In this document: piece after piece, positions 38,598 through 49,916 of the stretch
Position numbering within the stretch: the stretch's first letter is position 1
Layout: each line of letters begins with the position of its first letter
NCBI GenBank assembly: GCA_038874655.1
Contig: JAVZBY010000003.1
Location: forward strand, 41,808-105,807
From: Candidatus Woesearchaeota archaeon
GTDB lineage: Archaea; Nanobdellota; Nanobdellia; Woesearchaeales; GW2011-AR15
Direction: 5' to 3'
DNA: 64,000 nt
Translations under genes and position numbers: made by a program
The notes under the pieces: model-generated
Told to the model about the DNA's origin: nothing
The model's database searches: none
What the model saw: the letters and a program-made list of their open reading frames with translations, nothing else

Positions 38598-39245
38598 ATG
38601 AATATAATATTTTTAGGTCCTCCTGGTTCTGGAAAGGGAACTCAAGCAAAATTACTTTCTGAAAAATTAAAAATACCACATATATCAACAGGAGATATTT
38701 TTAGAGAAAACATAAAAAATCAAACAGAACTAGGCAAAAAAGCATCTGAATTTATTAATAATGGTTTACTAGTCTCTGATGAAATCACAAATAATATGAT
38801 AAAAGAAAGATTAAATAGAAACGATTGTAAAAATGGTTTTATATTAGATGGCTATCCAAGAACAATAGCACAAGCAGAATTTCTAGACACAATAGCTAAA
38901 ATAGATAAAATAATAAACTTTGAATTAGATGACGAAGAAATAATAAAAAGAATTTCTGGCAGAAGAACTTGTCCTAATTGTAATTCTGTTTATAATATTT
39001 ATAGTGCAAAACCTAAAAAAGAAAATATATGTGATAAATGTGGTTCAGAATTAAAGCAAAGAGATGATGAAAAACCTGGTGTAGTTAAAAAAAGATTAGA
39101 AGTATATAGAAAAGAAACAAAACCTTTAATAGATTATTATAAAAAAAAAAATAAAGACTTATTCTATAATATTAGTGCATATTCTAAAATAGAGGAAGTA
39201 TTTAAAAAATTATTAGATACTATTAACTTATATAAAATTAGATAA
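38598..39245 (+). CDS. adk: Adenylate kinase, bacterial type with Zn lid
   Basis: GPPGSGKGTQA, HISTGDIFR, LDGYPRT, CPNC/CDKC lid and QRDD motifs. Confidence 0.95.
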   Translation: MNIIFLGPPGSGKGTQAKLLSEKLKIPHISTGDIFRENIKNQTELGKKASEFINNGLLVSDEITNNMIKERLNRNDCKNGFILDGYPRTIAQAEFLDTIAKIDKIINFELDDEEIIKRISGRRTCPNCNSVYNIYSAKPKKENICDKCGSELKQRDDEKPGVVKKRLEVYRKETKPLIDYYKKKNKDLFYNISAYSKIEEVFKKLLDTINLYKIR

Positions 39246-39366
39246 AAAAATAGATAAAACACTATAAAACGAAAAAATATTTAAACTTGATTTCTTATCA
39301 AAAAAATGTATACTGGTTTATAAATTATTTTGTTATTATAAATAGGAAAATCAAGAGGTGGGGAGA

Positions 39367-42300
39367 ATGAATAAGAAAAAAATTTTCTTATTTTTCATAA
39401 GTATAATCATATTATCTATTATCTTAAACTTTACATTTGGACAATTTAATACATTAAAAAAAGTTGCTTGTACAGATGATATGAAACAATGTCCTGATGG
39501 GAGTTATGTTACTAGAAACCCTCTTAATAATTGTAATTTTTATCCTTGCCCTGGAGAAGAGACTAACATAAACCAATGCATTGATAGTGATGGATTAAAT
39601 TTTACAAAAAAAAGCACTACAATTAATAATCTAGAAAGAAAAACTGATAGTTGCTTATTAGATATAAATAATAAAGAATCATTTTATATTTATGGAAAAT
39701 ATTTAGCTGAATATTATTGTAATAATAATAAAATTAATGTCACTTATATAGATTGTCGCTATGGCTGTATTGATGGTGCATGCTACACTAAAGAACCAAA
39801 TTGCACAACTATTGGAACAGTAATGTATGTTGATCCTTATGGTTATGGTTATATTGGCTGTGATATTATTGCTGAAGGGCCAATTGATCCTGATAAAAGT
39901 ATATGCATTAGTTCAAAAACAAGAAAAAATATTTCTTTATTAATACAGGAAAAAGTTAAAGAAAATATTTATCATTATTATAACACATTAACGGGTTTAG
40001 ATCCAAATGAAGAAGTTAGAGTTTATATCAGAACTTTTTATAATGGAACTAAAGAATGTTATCCTCCATTAAATAAAAAAGAATCACTCTATTCTATACA
40101 AACAAATACCACAAATCAAGAAACAAATACAACTAATTTAAATTGTAGCAAAGAAGGAGAAATGTGTGGTGGCTTTGCAGGTTATTTATGCTGTGATGGA
40201 TTAAAATGTAAATATGAGAATGGTTTTATAACTTATCCTGATGAATCTGGAGTTTGTGTTCCTATACAAGAAAAAATTCAATGTCAAGATACTGATTATT
40301 ATAATCTAAGCATTCCTGGAAATTCAACCAAAGGTAATATAATTAAAAAAGACACATGCTATTATGATGATAATTTAAAAGAATTTTCAGCTTCAAGATC
40401 TGGAAAATACCTAGCAGAATATTATTGTGATAATAACAATATTAATGTTAGCTATGAAGAATGTTTTATGGGTTGTTATAAATCTGCATGTTATGATAAA
40501 CTCCCTAAATGTAAAACTCTTCCAACAACCATAGACAATCAAGGAACTATTGTATGTAACATTTTAGTTGAGGGCCCTATTGATCAATTTAATAGTTATT
40601 GTATTGGTGAAAGCACTCGTAAAAATAAAAGTTTTGCTTATCAAAGAGAAATAAATCAAACAACAGATTTATATTCAACAACCTTAACAAATTTAAACCC
40701 CACTGAAAAAGTAAGAGCCTTCATAAAAAGTTATTATTATAATTCTACATTTGAGTGTTATCCTCAATTAAATAGTCTCTCACAAAACAATGTGAATAAT
40801 TTATTAGAAGAATCCCTATCATATAAAAGTGCTTATTGGATATGTCAAGATGGAACTGAAGTCAATCAAGAAAGTCAAACCTCTTGTAATACTTATGCAG
40901 GTTGGTTTACAATCGCAAATGAATTTTGTAAAGATAAATGCTCTTTAATTAATAATTCATGTGGTATATTAAATTTCATAATCGGTGAACAATGTAATAA
41001 TATTGAACATGAATCCCCCCTAATATCTTATACCTTAGAAACAAATAAAAAAGTATATGAATATGGTGAAACTGTAAAAATAATTGGCACAGTAATCGGT
41101 ACTAATAACTCTGAAGTAAAAACTTGGATTCAAACACCTGATAAAAAAATAAGATTATTAAATGTTAATAAAGAATGTGAACGATGCACTTTAATAAATT
41201 GTATTAACAAATGCTACTATACTAGTGAATATAAAATAGGTGATGAAACCTCATTTAGAAGCAATGAAGAAATAGAACCTCCTACACCAATAAGACAAGA
41301 TACTAGTACTTCTACCAACATGATGACTGGATATGTTGTACTACCTAATCAAGTATATAATGTTTTTTCAAGAGCAATAACTATTATCAACAATACTGAA
41401 TATGTTAATAATGCAACAACTTCTTTTGGTGTATCTATTAATGAGACTAATATTGAGCTAAAGGTTAACGCAAACGAATTACCTTTTGTGGCAGTCCTAT
41501 TAAAGAATAAGGAAAAGCTACCTGTAGAGATCCAGGTTAAAGATATAAAAATCTATAAATATATAAATAATGAAAAAGTAGAATTAAAAGATTTATGTAA
41601 TTCAAATATAAAAAATAGAGATGTAAATATAGGTTCTAATGAACTTATAGAGATTTCTAGTTGGAATAAAAAATTAAAAAATCAAGAAAATAATGAATGT
41701 AACTATAATGCAAACTCTGGAATTTACGAAGCTGAAGTTGAATACTCAATAAAAAATACTGATACAAGCATATTCAAATCTAAAACATTTTTAGTATTAG
41801 ACCCTCAAGCAAATAGTTGTAATCCTGTTTGTAAAGCAATTTCTACTAATAATGAAGGATGGTATAATTCATGTACAGGTGTTTTATTAAAGTATGAAAA
41901 ATGTAGTATTACCTCAAAAGAATACAATCAACCTAAAGAAAATGGAGAATATTGTTTAGCGAATAAAGAGTGTATTAGTAATAGTTGTTCTAATAATAAA
42001 TGTACAAAGAAAGAAAGCATTTTAGATATTATAAAAAGATGGCTAAATGGTTGCACTCCAAGTGATGAAATATGTGATGGAAAAGATAATAACTGCAATA
42101 ATTTAGTTGACGAAGGCTGTATATACTGTAGTGATACTGACAAAGGATTTAATGTATATACAAAAGGTATAGTCAATGGAAGAGATAATATAAATATTTA
42201 TACAAAAACAGACAACTGCAGAGATAATTATAATTTAACTGAATTTTATTGTTATAAGGACATAGTTTACAATAAAACATATAGATGTCCTTATGGATGT

Positions 42301-43212
42301 AATGATGGAAGATGTTTAGAAACTAGTAATCCTAAAACAGTTAATGTAATGGTAATAAATATAGAACCAAAAATAAACGGAATCAATTTAACAAGATATA
42401 TGAAATGGAATAGTATTGACTATTTAATTGATGGTTATATTAAAGACATTTATAATGCTAGTAATGGATATATCAAATATAAAGTTGTAAATTATACTTA
42501 TAGTGATGAATTTCCAATTAAAAAAGATGGATTTAGATATAATGAAAATACTTATCTACAATGTTTGAATAATCATGAACTATGCCATATGCCTGATGAA
42601 GTTGATTATGAAATATTATTATCAAAATTTAAAGTATGTGATTTAGTTAATAAAGGTTTAATTACAGAAGTTTGGATTTTTAATGGACCATTTTTTGGAT
42701 TTTACGAAGCAAATATGGCTGGTCCTGGTTGGGAGACAAACGGTCCTGTAATTGAAAATACAGATTGCTTAAAACCTGTTCATATTATGGGATTTAGTTA
42801 TGAAAGACAAATTGAAGAGATGTTAGAAGACTTTGGACATCGTGTTGAGGGAACAATGGAATATTTTGTTTTTAATGAAATTCCAAATAACCCATGGAAA
42901 AATTTTACATATAATCATAATAGTAAAGAAAAATTAAAACCAATAGATGTGTTTGGTTGTGGTAATGTGCATTTTGCACCTAATAGTCACCAAGACTATG
43001 AATGGAGTAACAAAGAAACAGTAAAATCCAATTGTGATGATTGGTATAACTATCCAAATCTAAAAGGAATAGTTACTAATGTTAATTGCGATATTTGGGA
43101 TTGTAATGCAAGAGAACATAAAAAATGGTGGCTTAAACATATACCTAATGCACCAGGAAAAACAAACGGTATTTCAAATAATTGGTGGGACTATTTTGTA
43201 ATAACTAGATAA
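39367..43212 (+). CDS. Secreted Cys-rich modular protein with C-terminal zincin-like domain
   Basis: Signal peptide, CT.D..QCPDGS.V.R module, CxD(S/T)D..L.E(Y/F)YC..C..GC repeats, EICDGKDNNCNNLVDEGC metal-binding repeat and GFSYER..EMLEDFGHRVE. ORF track start is 39358 (GTG). Confidence 0.75.
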   Translation: MNKKKIFLFFISIIILSIILNFTFGQFNTLKKVACTDDMKQCPDGSYVTRNPLNNCNFYPCPGEETNINQCIDSDGLNFTKKSTTINNLERKTDSCLLDINNKESFYIYGKYLAEYYCNNNKINVTYIDCRYGCIDGACYTKEPNCTTIGTVMYVDPYGYGYIGCDIIAEGPIDPDKSICISSKTRKNISLLIQEKVKENIYHYYNTLTGLDPNEEVRVYIRTFYNGTKECYPPLNKKESLYSIQTNTTNQETNTTNLNCSKEGEMCGGFAGYLCCDGLKCKYENGFITYPDESGVCVPIQEKIQCQDTDYYNLSIPGNSTKGNIIKKDTCYYDDNLKEFSASRSGKYLAEYYCDNNNINVSYEECFMGCYKSACYDKLPKCKTLPTTIDNQGTIVCNILVEGPIDQFNSYCIGESTRKNKSFAYQREINQTTDLYSTTLTNLNPTEKVRAFIKSYYYNSTFECYPQLNSLSQNNVNNLLEESLSYKSAYWICQDGTEVNQESQTSCNTYAGWFTIANEFCKDKCSLINNSCGILNFIIGEQCNNIEHESPLISYTLETNKKVYEYGETVKIIGTVIGTNNSEVKTWIQTPDKKIRLLNVNKECERCTLINCINKCYYTSEYKIGDETSFRSNEEIEPPTPIRQDTSTSTNMMTGYVVLPNQVYNVFSRAITIINNTEYVNNATTSFGVSINETNIELKVNANELPFVAVLLKNKEKLPVEIQVKDIKIYKYINNEKVELKDLCNSNIKNRDVNIGSNELIEISSWNKKLKNQENNECNYNANSGIYEAEVEYSIKNTDTSIFKSKTFLVLDPQANSCNPVCKAISTNNEGWYNSCTGVLLKYEKCSITSKEYNQPKENGEYCLANKECISNSCSNNKCTKKESILDIIKRWLNGCTPSDEICDGKDNNCNNLVDEGCIYCSDTDKGFNVYTKGIVNGRDNINIYTKTDNCRDNYNLTEFYCYKDIVYNKTYRCPYGCNDGRCLETSNPKTVNVMVINIEPKINGINLTRYMKWNSIDYLIDGYIKDIYNASNGYIKYKVVNYTYSDEFPIKKDGFRYNENTYLQCLNNHELCHMPDEVDYEILLSKFKVCDLVNKGLITEVWIFNGPFFGFYEANMAGPGWETNGPVIENTDCLKPVHIMGFSYERQIEEMLEDFGHRVEGTMEYFVFNEIPNNPWKNFTYNHNSKEKLKPIDVFGCGNVHFAPNSHQDYEWSNKETVKSNCDDWYNYPNLKGIVTNVNCDIWDCNAREHKKWWLKHIPNAPGKTNGISNNWWDYFVITR

Positions 43213-43265
43213 AAAATAAAAGGGAAAATAAAACAAAAAATATAAAATTTTAGGAGGAATTAAAA

Positions 43266-45719
43266 ATGAATAAAAAATTAAAAACAAAAACTATTTTTTT
43301 ATTTTTTATAATAAGTGTTTTTCTTATAACTTTTGTTTATGGACAAATTAGTAATTCACTATCAAGAATTGCTTGTACTAATGATGTTTTACAATGCACT
43401 GATGGAAGTTTTGTTACAAGAAACCCAAATAATAACTGCAATTTCTATCCTTGTCCTAATGAACAAGCAACAACCTCTTGTACAGACAGCGATGGTTTAG
43501 ATTATCAAAAAAAAGGTTTTACTACATGGTATGTTAATAATGAAAAAATAACTTATGAGGACATGTGTGTATTACAAACAACAAACATAAACTATGAAAA
43601 AAAAGATTCTTGTAGCGGTAAAAATTGTTTTTTAGTTGAAAATTTTTGTAGTGATAATACTGCAAAAACAAAAATTATTTCTTGTGAAGATGGTTGCTCT
43701 GAAGGTTTTTGTTCATCTAAAATTCCAGAAGAACCAACCTGTCAAACTATTAAAAGTGAAATGATAATAGATTATGATGGAACTGGATATATATATTGTA
43801 ATGTTTCTGTTTCTGGAAATTTTAATATAGAAAAAAGTTATTGTATGAGTGAAAAAGGTAAAATATCTTATTTAAGAAAAACTAGTACTAATAATTTATA
43901 TTATACTATATTATATAATTTAGATCCTACAGAAGAGGTTAATGCATTTATAGTTACAAATACAGGAAAAACAATACTTTGTTTACCAACTTTAAATCAA
44001 AATAAGTTACATTTAGAAGGTGTTGAAGTAGAAGTACTTAATTCTAAGCAGGATGTTATTGTTAATGAATCTTTATTTATTCATGTATATTTTATAAATG
44101 ATGGTGAATCTAATATTATATTACAAAAATTACAAGAATTTGTCCCAATGATTGTTGGTCAATCGTTATATAAAGTTAAAGATTTTCAAGGTATTTGGAC
44201 AGATATTAATGGAAATGAATTAAATTATAAAAATTACCCCTATGGCATACCAAAAGGTGTAAAAGTAAAATATACCTTAAAAGGATATTTTACACAATCA
44301 GGTAATAATATTATATTAGCCTATTCAAAAGGTTCTAAAGTATCAAAAAATATAGAAGTTAAAGAATCTAACAATCAATACTTAAATAATTATTTTAGAA
44401 AAATTACATTTATATGTCAAAATGGTGTTTCTTATAGTCAAGGGAGTTTTTCATGTAAGTCATCTAGCGAATGGCTAAAAATTGCAAATTCAATTTGTAA
44501 AGAAAAATGTAAAGAAGATACTTGTGGTGTTGCCTCATATTACTTTGATTATGAATGCAAAGAAGAAAAAAAGGATAACATCATCTTTAAAATAAAAACT
44601 GATAAAGAATTTTATAACTATGGTGAAACTGTTAATATTTTAGGTATATTAGAAGGTTCAAAATATTTCGAAGTAAAAACTTATGTCCAAACCTCTGAAG
44701 AGATATATGAATTACCTGTAAATAAAAATTGTGAAAAGACTTGTATAGAAAACCAATGTAATATAATATGCTATTACAATAGTAATTATATTATAGGCAA
44801 TAAATATCCTCTTGCTGAAATTTCTAAAGAAGAATTTAAAAATAAATATTTATCATCTCAAATAACAGGTTTAGTTGTTATGCCATCAAACAATTATAAT
44901 GTGTATTCAGAAGCAAAAGACATTTCTAATAATATCTACCAAGCATCGACATCATTCAGCGTATATTTAAAAGAAGAAGATATATTATTAAATTTGAATT
45001 TAATTGAAGATGAAAATACACTATCTCTAAATGTATATAATCCTAATAATATTGAGGTTATAGCAAATATAGAAGATATTAAAATATATAAATACATAAA
45101 TGGTGTTGAATATGAATTAGCAAAAAATTGTGAAAATACTGCCTTTAAAACACAATTTAGATTATATCCAAAGGAGAATACAAGATTTTATGTCTGGGAT
45201 AAATATTTTTACATAACCAAAGATTCAAATTGTGAAAAAGTTTTAGCTGATAATGGTTTATATAAAATTGAAGTAATATATAATTTACAACAGCTTACAC
45301 AAACAAAAAAAATAAGCAAAATATTTGAAATAAAAAAAAGTAGTAGTAATAGCAATAACAATAATTGCGAACTAAAATGTGCTGCAATAGGAACTGAAAA
45401 AGAAGGTTGGTATGATTCATGTACAGGAATTTTAGTAAAATATGAAAAATGCAGCAATTGTGATGGTTGTTATGTAAAAAATAAATGTCTACCCTATGGA
45501 GCTAGAATAAAAGAAGAGGGAATTGCTTATTATTGCTCTTTTGACAATAAATTAGAACTTCAAAAACAGAATGAAGAAAGATGCATAAATAACTTTGAAT
45601 GTTTAAGCAATACTTGTTTAAATGAATTGTGCATTGATGTTTCAAAAGAAATAAACGAAACCAAAAGTTTAGTCCAAACAATTATAGATTTTTTACAAAA
45701 AATCTTTGGAAGAAAATAG
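43266..45719 (+). CDS. Secreted Cys-rich modular protein, paralogue of 39367-43212
   Basis: Same N-terminal, Ig-like and EGWY(D/N)SCTG modules, ending in an amphipathic IIDFLQKIFG helix. SD AGGAGG. Confidence 0.75.
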   Translation: MNKKLKTKTIFLFFIISVFLITFVYGQISNSLSRIACTNDVLQCTDGSFVTRNPNNNCNFYPCPNEQATTSCTDSDGLDYQKKGFTTWYVNNEKITYEDMCVLQTTNINYEKKDSCSGKNCFLVENFCSDNTAKTKIISCEDGCSEGFCSSKIPEEPTCQTIKSEMIIDYDGTGYIYCNVSVSGNFNIEKSYCMSEKGKISYLRKTSTNNLYYTILYNLDPTEEVNAFIVTNTGKTILCLPTLNQNKLHLEGVEVEVLNSKQDVIVNESLFIHVYFINDGESNIILQKLQEFVPMIVGQSLYKVKDFQGIWTDINGNELNYKNYPYGIPKGVKVKYTLKGYFTQSGNNIILAYSKGSKVSKNIEVKESNNQYLNNYFRKITFICQNGVSYSQGSFSCKSSSEWLKIANSICKEKCKEDTCGVASYYFDYECKEEKKDNIIFKIKTDKEFYNYGETVNILGILEGSKYFEVKTYVQTSEEIYELPVNKNCEKTCIENQCNIICYYNSNYIIGNKYPLAEISKEEFKNKYLSSQITGLVVMPSNNYNVYSEAKDISNNIYQASTSFSVYLKEEDILLNLNLIEDENTLSLNVYNPNNIEVIANIEDIKIYKYINGVEYELAKNCENTAFKTQFRLYPKENTRFYVWDKYFYITKDSNCEKVLADNGLYKIEVIYNLQQLTQTKKISKIFEIKKSSSNSNNNNCELKCAAIGTEKEGWYDSCTGILVKYEKCSNCDGCYVKNKCLPYGARIKEEGIAYYCSFDNKLELQKQNEERCINNFECLSNTCLNELCIDVSKEINETKSLVQTIIDFLQKIFGRK

Positions 45720-46793
45720 AAATTTTATAAAAATTGTTGCATAACTTCCTTTACTTAATGTAAAGGAAATTTTTATTTTTTTCTTTTCTATTTTTGATTC
45801 TTTTTCTAAGTTATTTTTTAAATCATCTACACCATAATCTAAAACATTAATATCACTAGCACTTGTAATTAAATCTCTATAACTACCAAATGCTGTTAAA
45901 TCTGGAATCTGTCTTATAACAAAATCACTTAATAAGATATTCTCTCTTTTTAATATTTTTTCATAAATTTCTGTAATTTCTTTCTTTTCAAATGAAGTAT
46001 CAAAAGAAATTAAAGGAACTTCAATATTTTCAATTTTCTCATTAGTAAAAACAAATTTTTTTATTATCTTTTTTTTTGTTTCACCTAGATGATAATCAAC
46101 CTCAAAATAACTTTTTACCTTTTTTTTAATATATTCTGCACAAAACTCATTAAATAAATAACTTTGAACAGAATTTATATACATTGTTAATATATTAAAA
46201 GGCATTTTTTTTATTGCTCCAACATAATCATTTTTATTAAGAGTTAAATATTTTTTAACTTCATTTGAATCAATTAATTCTGATGCTCTTTTAAAATCCT
46301 TTTTTATTAGAGAATATCCAATCTCATAATTATTCTTACTAAATCTTTGCTCATCAAAATAATTAATAAAATCAATATTCTTATGGGAATTTTTTTTATT
46401 ATATAATTTAGCCAAAAGAAAGTCCATCTCTTTTTTAGATAAATCTCTTATAGTTATTGTAAATTTATTCCCTTTCAAACAACCTAATGAAATTGGCTCA
46501 TTATAAAAACCTAAAAATTTTATTTTAAAAAAATCTCTTTCTAAATTATTTATTTTTTTATTTGTTTTTATTGAAAAATATTGTCTAGTAATTGCCTTTC
46601 TATCTTTATTTCCAGCATATGAAAAAAATTTTCTGTGAATTTTAAAAATCTCACTTAATTTTTGGATTACCTTTTCTGTATCATAATCTTTCTTTTCAAG
46701 CAAAAAAATTTGATAATCCCCCTTATCTAATAGATTTGTAAACAGAGGTATTTCTTCTACAATAAAATCCTCTGGAATTTGTTTAATTATCAT
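45693..46793 (-). CDS. truD: tRNA pseudouridine(13) synthase
   Basis: PEDFIVEE, AGNKDRKAITRQ, GNKFTI, NYFDEQRF and F.LSKGSYAT motifs. Confidence 0.93.
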   Translation of the reverse strand: MIIKQIPEDFIVEEIPLFTNLLDKGDYQIFLLEKKDYDTEKVIQKLSEIFKIHRKFFSYAGNKDRKAITRQYFSIKTNKKINNLERDFFKIKFLGFYNEPISLGCLKGNKFTITIRDLSKKEMDFLLAKLYNKKNSHKNIDFINYFDEQRFSKNNYEIGYSLIKKDFKRASELIDSNEVKKYLTLNKNDYVGAIKKMPFNILTMYINSVQSYLFNEFCAEYIKKKVKSYFEVDYHLGETKKKIIKKFVFTNEKIENIEVPLISFDTSFEKKEITEIYEKILKRENILLSDFVIRQIPDLTAFGSYRDLITSASDINVLDYGVDDLKNNLEKESKIEKKKIKISFTLSKGSYATIFIKFLFSSKDFL

Positions 46794-46863
46794 AAAAAAA
46801 AGAAATAAAAAGAAGATAATAAAATTATCCTAAGCATATTTAATAAACATTTATTTAAAATAA

Positions 46864-47757
46864 CTATCTTAAAAACTTCAAAAATTTTTCAAAAATACTA
46901 ATTTTATTTTGTTTCAAATCTTTTTCAATAAATTCATTAACATATGCTTCCTTTTTTTTATCACTTAAACTATTTACAAAATCATTTAATAACATTTTTT
47001 TTCCAACATTATCAAATTGTTCTAATTTTTGGTTATAACTTGTTTCAGAAAAAGTATTATGTTGTCCAAAAGGCAGTAATGGAGGTGGTGGCATTATCGG
47101 TTTTTTTGTTATTGAATCTTTTTCTATTTCTAAAGTTTTGTCTTTATTAAAATTATTTGATATTAAAGAATTTGACAAAAGTTCTTTATTTAAACTAAAA
47201 TTTTGATTACTATTTGATAAACTGGAAGTATCTATTTTGTTAGTTAAAGTTTTTTGAAAATCTAAATTTTGAAAACTTAATATTTTCTTAAAGTCAATAT
47301 CCTCTAATTTTTCAAAGATATGAAACTCTGGATTAAATTCAATCTGCCTATTTGAGAATATCTTGTTATCATTTGTATTAGTGAGATTATAAAAATTATT
47401 TTGCAACTCATATTTATATAAATCATATAACTTATTACCTAATTTTAATATTCCCTTTTTATTTTTATTAAATTTCTCATGCAATAATACATAATTTAGT
47501 TTTTCGGCTATCTTTTCTACAGCTTCTTTTGAATTTTTAGCGTTTCTTAACTCATCAGCTAACTCCTTATCTAAAAAAACATGCTCTATCCAATTTGAAA
47601 AATGATTTTCTTTTTCATTGACATAAGAAAAATAAAAATCATCACCTCTTTCTTGTAATTCTTTTTTTAATTCATACAAATTTTTTAATTCTCCAAAATA
47701 AGTTTTAAAAGTTTTTTCTAGAGGACAATCTCTATTAATAAGAAATTCATCATACAT
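46864..47757 (-). CDS. Hypothetical protein with N-terminal DUF5752-like domain
   Basis: NHFSNWIEHVFLDKELADEL motif followed by a low-complexity tail. Confidence 0.55.
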   Translation of the reverse strand: MYDEFLINRDCPLEKTFKTYFGELKNLYELKKELQERGDDFYFSYVNEKENHFSNWIEHVFLDKELADELRNAKNSKEAVEKIAEKLNYVLLHEKFNKNKKGILKLGNKLYDLYKYELQNNFYNLTNTNDNKIFSNRQIEFNPEFHIFEKLEDIDFKKILSFQNLDFQKTLTNKIDTSSLSNSNQNFSLNKELLSNSLISNNFNKDKTLEIEKDSITKKPIMPPPPLLPFGQHNTFSETSYNQKLEQFDNVGKKMLLNDFVNSLSDKKKEAYVNEFIEKDLKQNKISIFEKFLKFLR

Positions 47758-47991
47758 TTATCCCACCAATTCATGTTAAAAAACATAAATTATTAAATCT
47801 ATCGATTTTTAAAAATTTAATCTAAAAAGTAAAAATATACAATAGCTTTATAAAAAAGATATTAAAAATATAAAAAATAAGAAAAATTTATTAAATCAAA
47901 GTTTCTATTAAAAAATATTAGCATTAAAAGAATAATTATAAAAGCATAATAAGTTTTATAAATGACTTAAAATTCTAAAAGGTTGATAAAA

Positions 47992-48393
47992 ATGGCAGGT
48001 ACAAAATTAGCTTCAGTAAGTAGCCTTAAAAAAGGCAGCTATGTTGTTATTGAAGGTGCAGCTTGCATAGTTCAAGATACACAAACATCAAGGCCTGGAA
48101 AACACGGCCATGCAAAAACAAGAATATTAGCTGTTGGCATGTTAGACGGAAAAAAAAGAGATGTTGTTATGCCAGGACATGATAATGTTGAAGTTCCTAT
48201 TATTGATAAACTAGATGCAAATGTTTTATCTGTTAATGGAGATGTTGCTAATGTTATGGATATGCAAACATACATGACTTTTGATCTAAAAATCCCAGAA
48301 GAATTAAAAGATAAAGTCAAGCCTGGTGTTAATATAATTTATTGGGACATATTAGGAGAAAAGGTAATGAAACAATTAAAGTCATCTGAGTAA
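47992..48393 (+). CDS. eif5a: Translation factor aIF-5A
   Basis: SRPGKHGHAK hypusine loop. Start placed at ATG 47992 after SD-like AGGTTGA. Confidence 0.95.
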   Translation: MAGTKLASVSSLKKGSYVVIEGAACIVQDTQTSRPGKHGHAKTRILAVGMLDGKKRDVVMPGHDNVEVPIIDKLDANVLSVNGDVANVMDMQTYMTFDLKIPEELKDKVKPGVNIIYWDILGEKVMKQLKSSE

Positions 48394-48456
48394 AATAATC
48401 AAAAATAGAGTTTAAAAATAAAATAATAATAAATTGAAAAACAAAAAGGTGTTAAA

Positions 48457-48618
48457 ATGGTTAAATTCCCTGAAGCTGAAAAAAGAATGTTTAAAAATTT
48501 ATTTATATGCAGAGATTGTAATTCAAAAATCAGAGCACCAAATTTAAAGGTTTTAGCTAAAAAAGTGACTTGTAAAAAATGCGGAAGCCATAATTTTAGG
48601 CCTGTTAGAAAAAAATAA
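48457..48618 (+). CDS. rpl40e: 50S ribosomal protein L40e
   Basis: Not in the ORF track: MVKFPEAEKRMFKNLFICRDCNSKIRAPNLKVLAKKVTCKKCGSHNFRPVRKK, with FPEA, CxxC...CxxCG and RP motifs. Confidence 0.9.
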   Translation: MVKFPEAEKRMFKNLFICRDCNSKIRAPNLKVLAKKVTCKKCGSHNFRPVRKK

Positions 48619-48626
48619 ATTGAAAA

Positions 48627-49871
48627 ATGAGTTTTTTAAACAACTTTTATTCTGTTTTAGATCAATATAAATTTGTAATTTTATTTTATTCTGCACTCCT
48701 TTTAATAATATATTTAAATAGAAAAAAACTCAAAGAAGAAGCACCCTTTATTTATCTATATAGAACAAAATTTGGCATAAATTTTATGAAAAAAACTAGC
48801 GAAAAATTTAGAGACATAATCAAAATTTTAGGATATATAGGAATCTTTTTTGCATACCTTGGAATTATAATTGTTTCTGGATTATTAATAAAAAATGCAT
48901 ATGAAATTATAATTCAAAAACCAGGTGCAATTGGGGGTAGTCCTGTTATTCCTGGTTTACCTATTGCTGGCTTGGGAATAACTTTTCCACTAATTATCGG
49001 TTGGATAAGTTTATTTATTATAATGATTGTCCATGAATTTTCTCATGGTATTGTTGCAAAAGCACATAATGTAAAAATAAAAAACTCTGGAATTGCATTT
49101 TTTGGCCCAATATTAGGCGCATTTGTAGAGCCTGATGAAAAAGATCTTAAAAAGCAACCTGATGAAGTTCAATTATCCATATTTTCAGCTGGGCCAATAT
49201 CAAATGTAGTTTTATGGATAATATGCATAATTATTTTAATTGGGTTAAGCAATGTTGTTTTAAGCATGACCTATAGTGATGGTGTCAAAATAGGAATAAT
49301 CAAAAATGAAACACTTCCTGCATATAGTTCTGGAATAAAAGATAATTCAATCATAATAAAAATTAATGAATATAACATAAAAAATAGAACAGATTTAGAA
49401 TTTGCTTTAGAAAATTTAAAACCTAATCAAGAAACAAACATTTTAATAAAAGAAATTGATGAAAACAAAAAAGAAATAAAAAAAGAATACAAAATAATTC
49501 CAACTATACATCCGAAAAATGAAACAAAAGCATATTTAGGAATACTAATTCTAGAAGAACAAAGAACATTAAAAAATAATAATCAATTTAATAATATAAT
49601 CTACAAAATATTATTATGGTTTTATGAACTATTTTCATGGACATCTTTTATTAGCATTAACATTGGATTAATTAATTTATTTCCAATTTTTATAACAGAT
49701 GGTGCCCAAATGCTAAGAAAAAACTTTGAAACATTATTCAAAAATAATAAAGAAAAAGGCCTATTAATCTGGAAAAATATTAATTTAATGGGTTTAATAA
49801 TCATTGGTATATTAATTCTTTATAATCCTTTAAGAAACTTATTTAATATTTTAATTAGCATCATATTCTAA
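48627..49871 (+). CDS. Site-2 protease (M50) with PDZ-like domain
   Basis: HEFSH, GAFVEPD, AGPISN and NLFP...DG motifs. Confidence 0.9.
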   Translation: MSFLNNFYSVLDQYKFVILFYSALLLIIYLNRKKLKEEAPFIYLYRTKFGINFMKKTSEKFRDIIKILGYIGIFFAYLGIIIVSGLLIKNAYEIIIQKPGAIGGSPVIPGLPIAGLGITFPLIIGWISLFIIMIVHEFSHGIVAKAHNVKIKNSGIAFFGPILGAFVEPDEKDLKKQPDEVQLSIFSAGPISNVVLWIICIIILIGLSNVVLSMTYSDGVKIGIIKNETLPAYSSGIKDNSIIIKINEYNIKNRTDLEFALENLKPNQETNILIKEIDENKKEIKKEYKIIPTIHPKNETKAYLGILILEEQRTLKNNNQFNNIIYKILLWFYELFSWTSFISINIGLINLFPIFITDGAQMLRKNFETLFKNNKEKGLLIWKNINLMGLIIIGILILYNPLRNLFNILISIIF

Positions 49872-49916
49872 ATAGATTATAAAATAATCTCAATAAAAAG
49901 AACAAATAAAATAAAT

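Noticed and set aside
45693-45719. 27-bp convergent overlap of truD with the Cys-rich gene
   Set aside because: Short tail-to-tail overlaps are ordinary in compact genomes.
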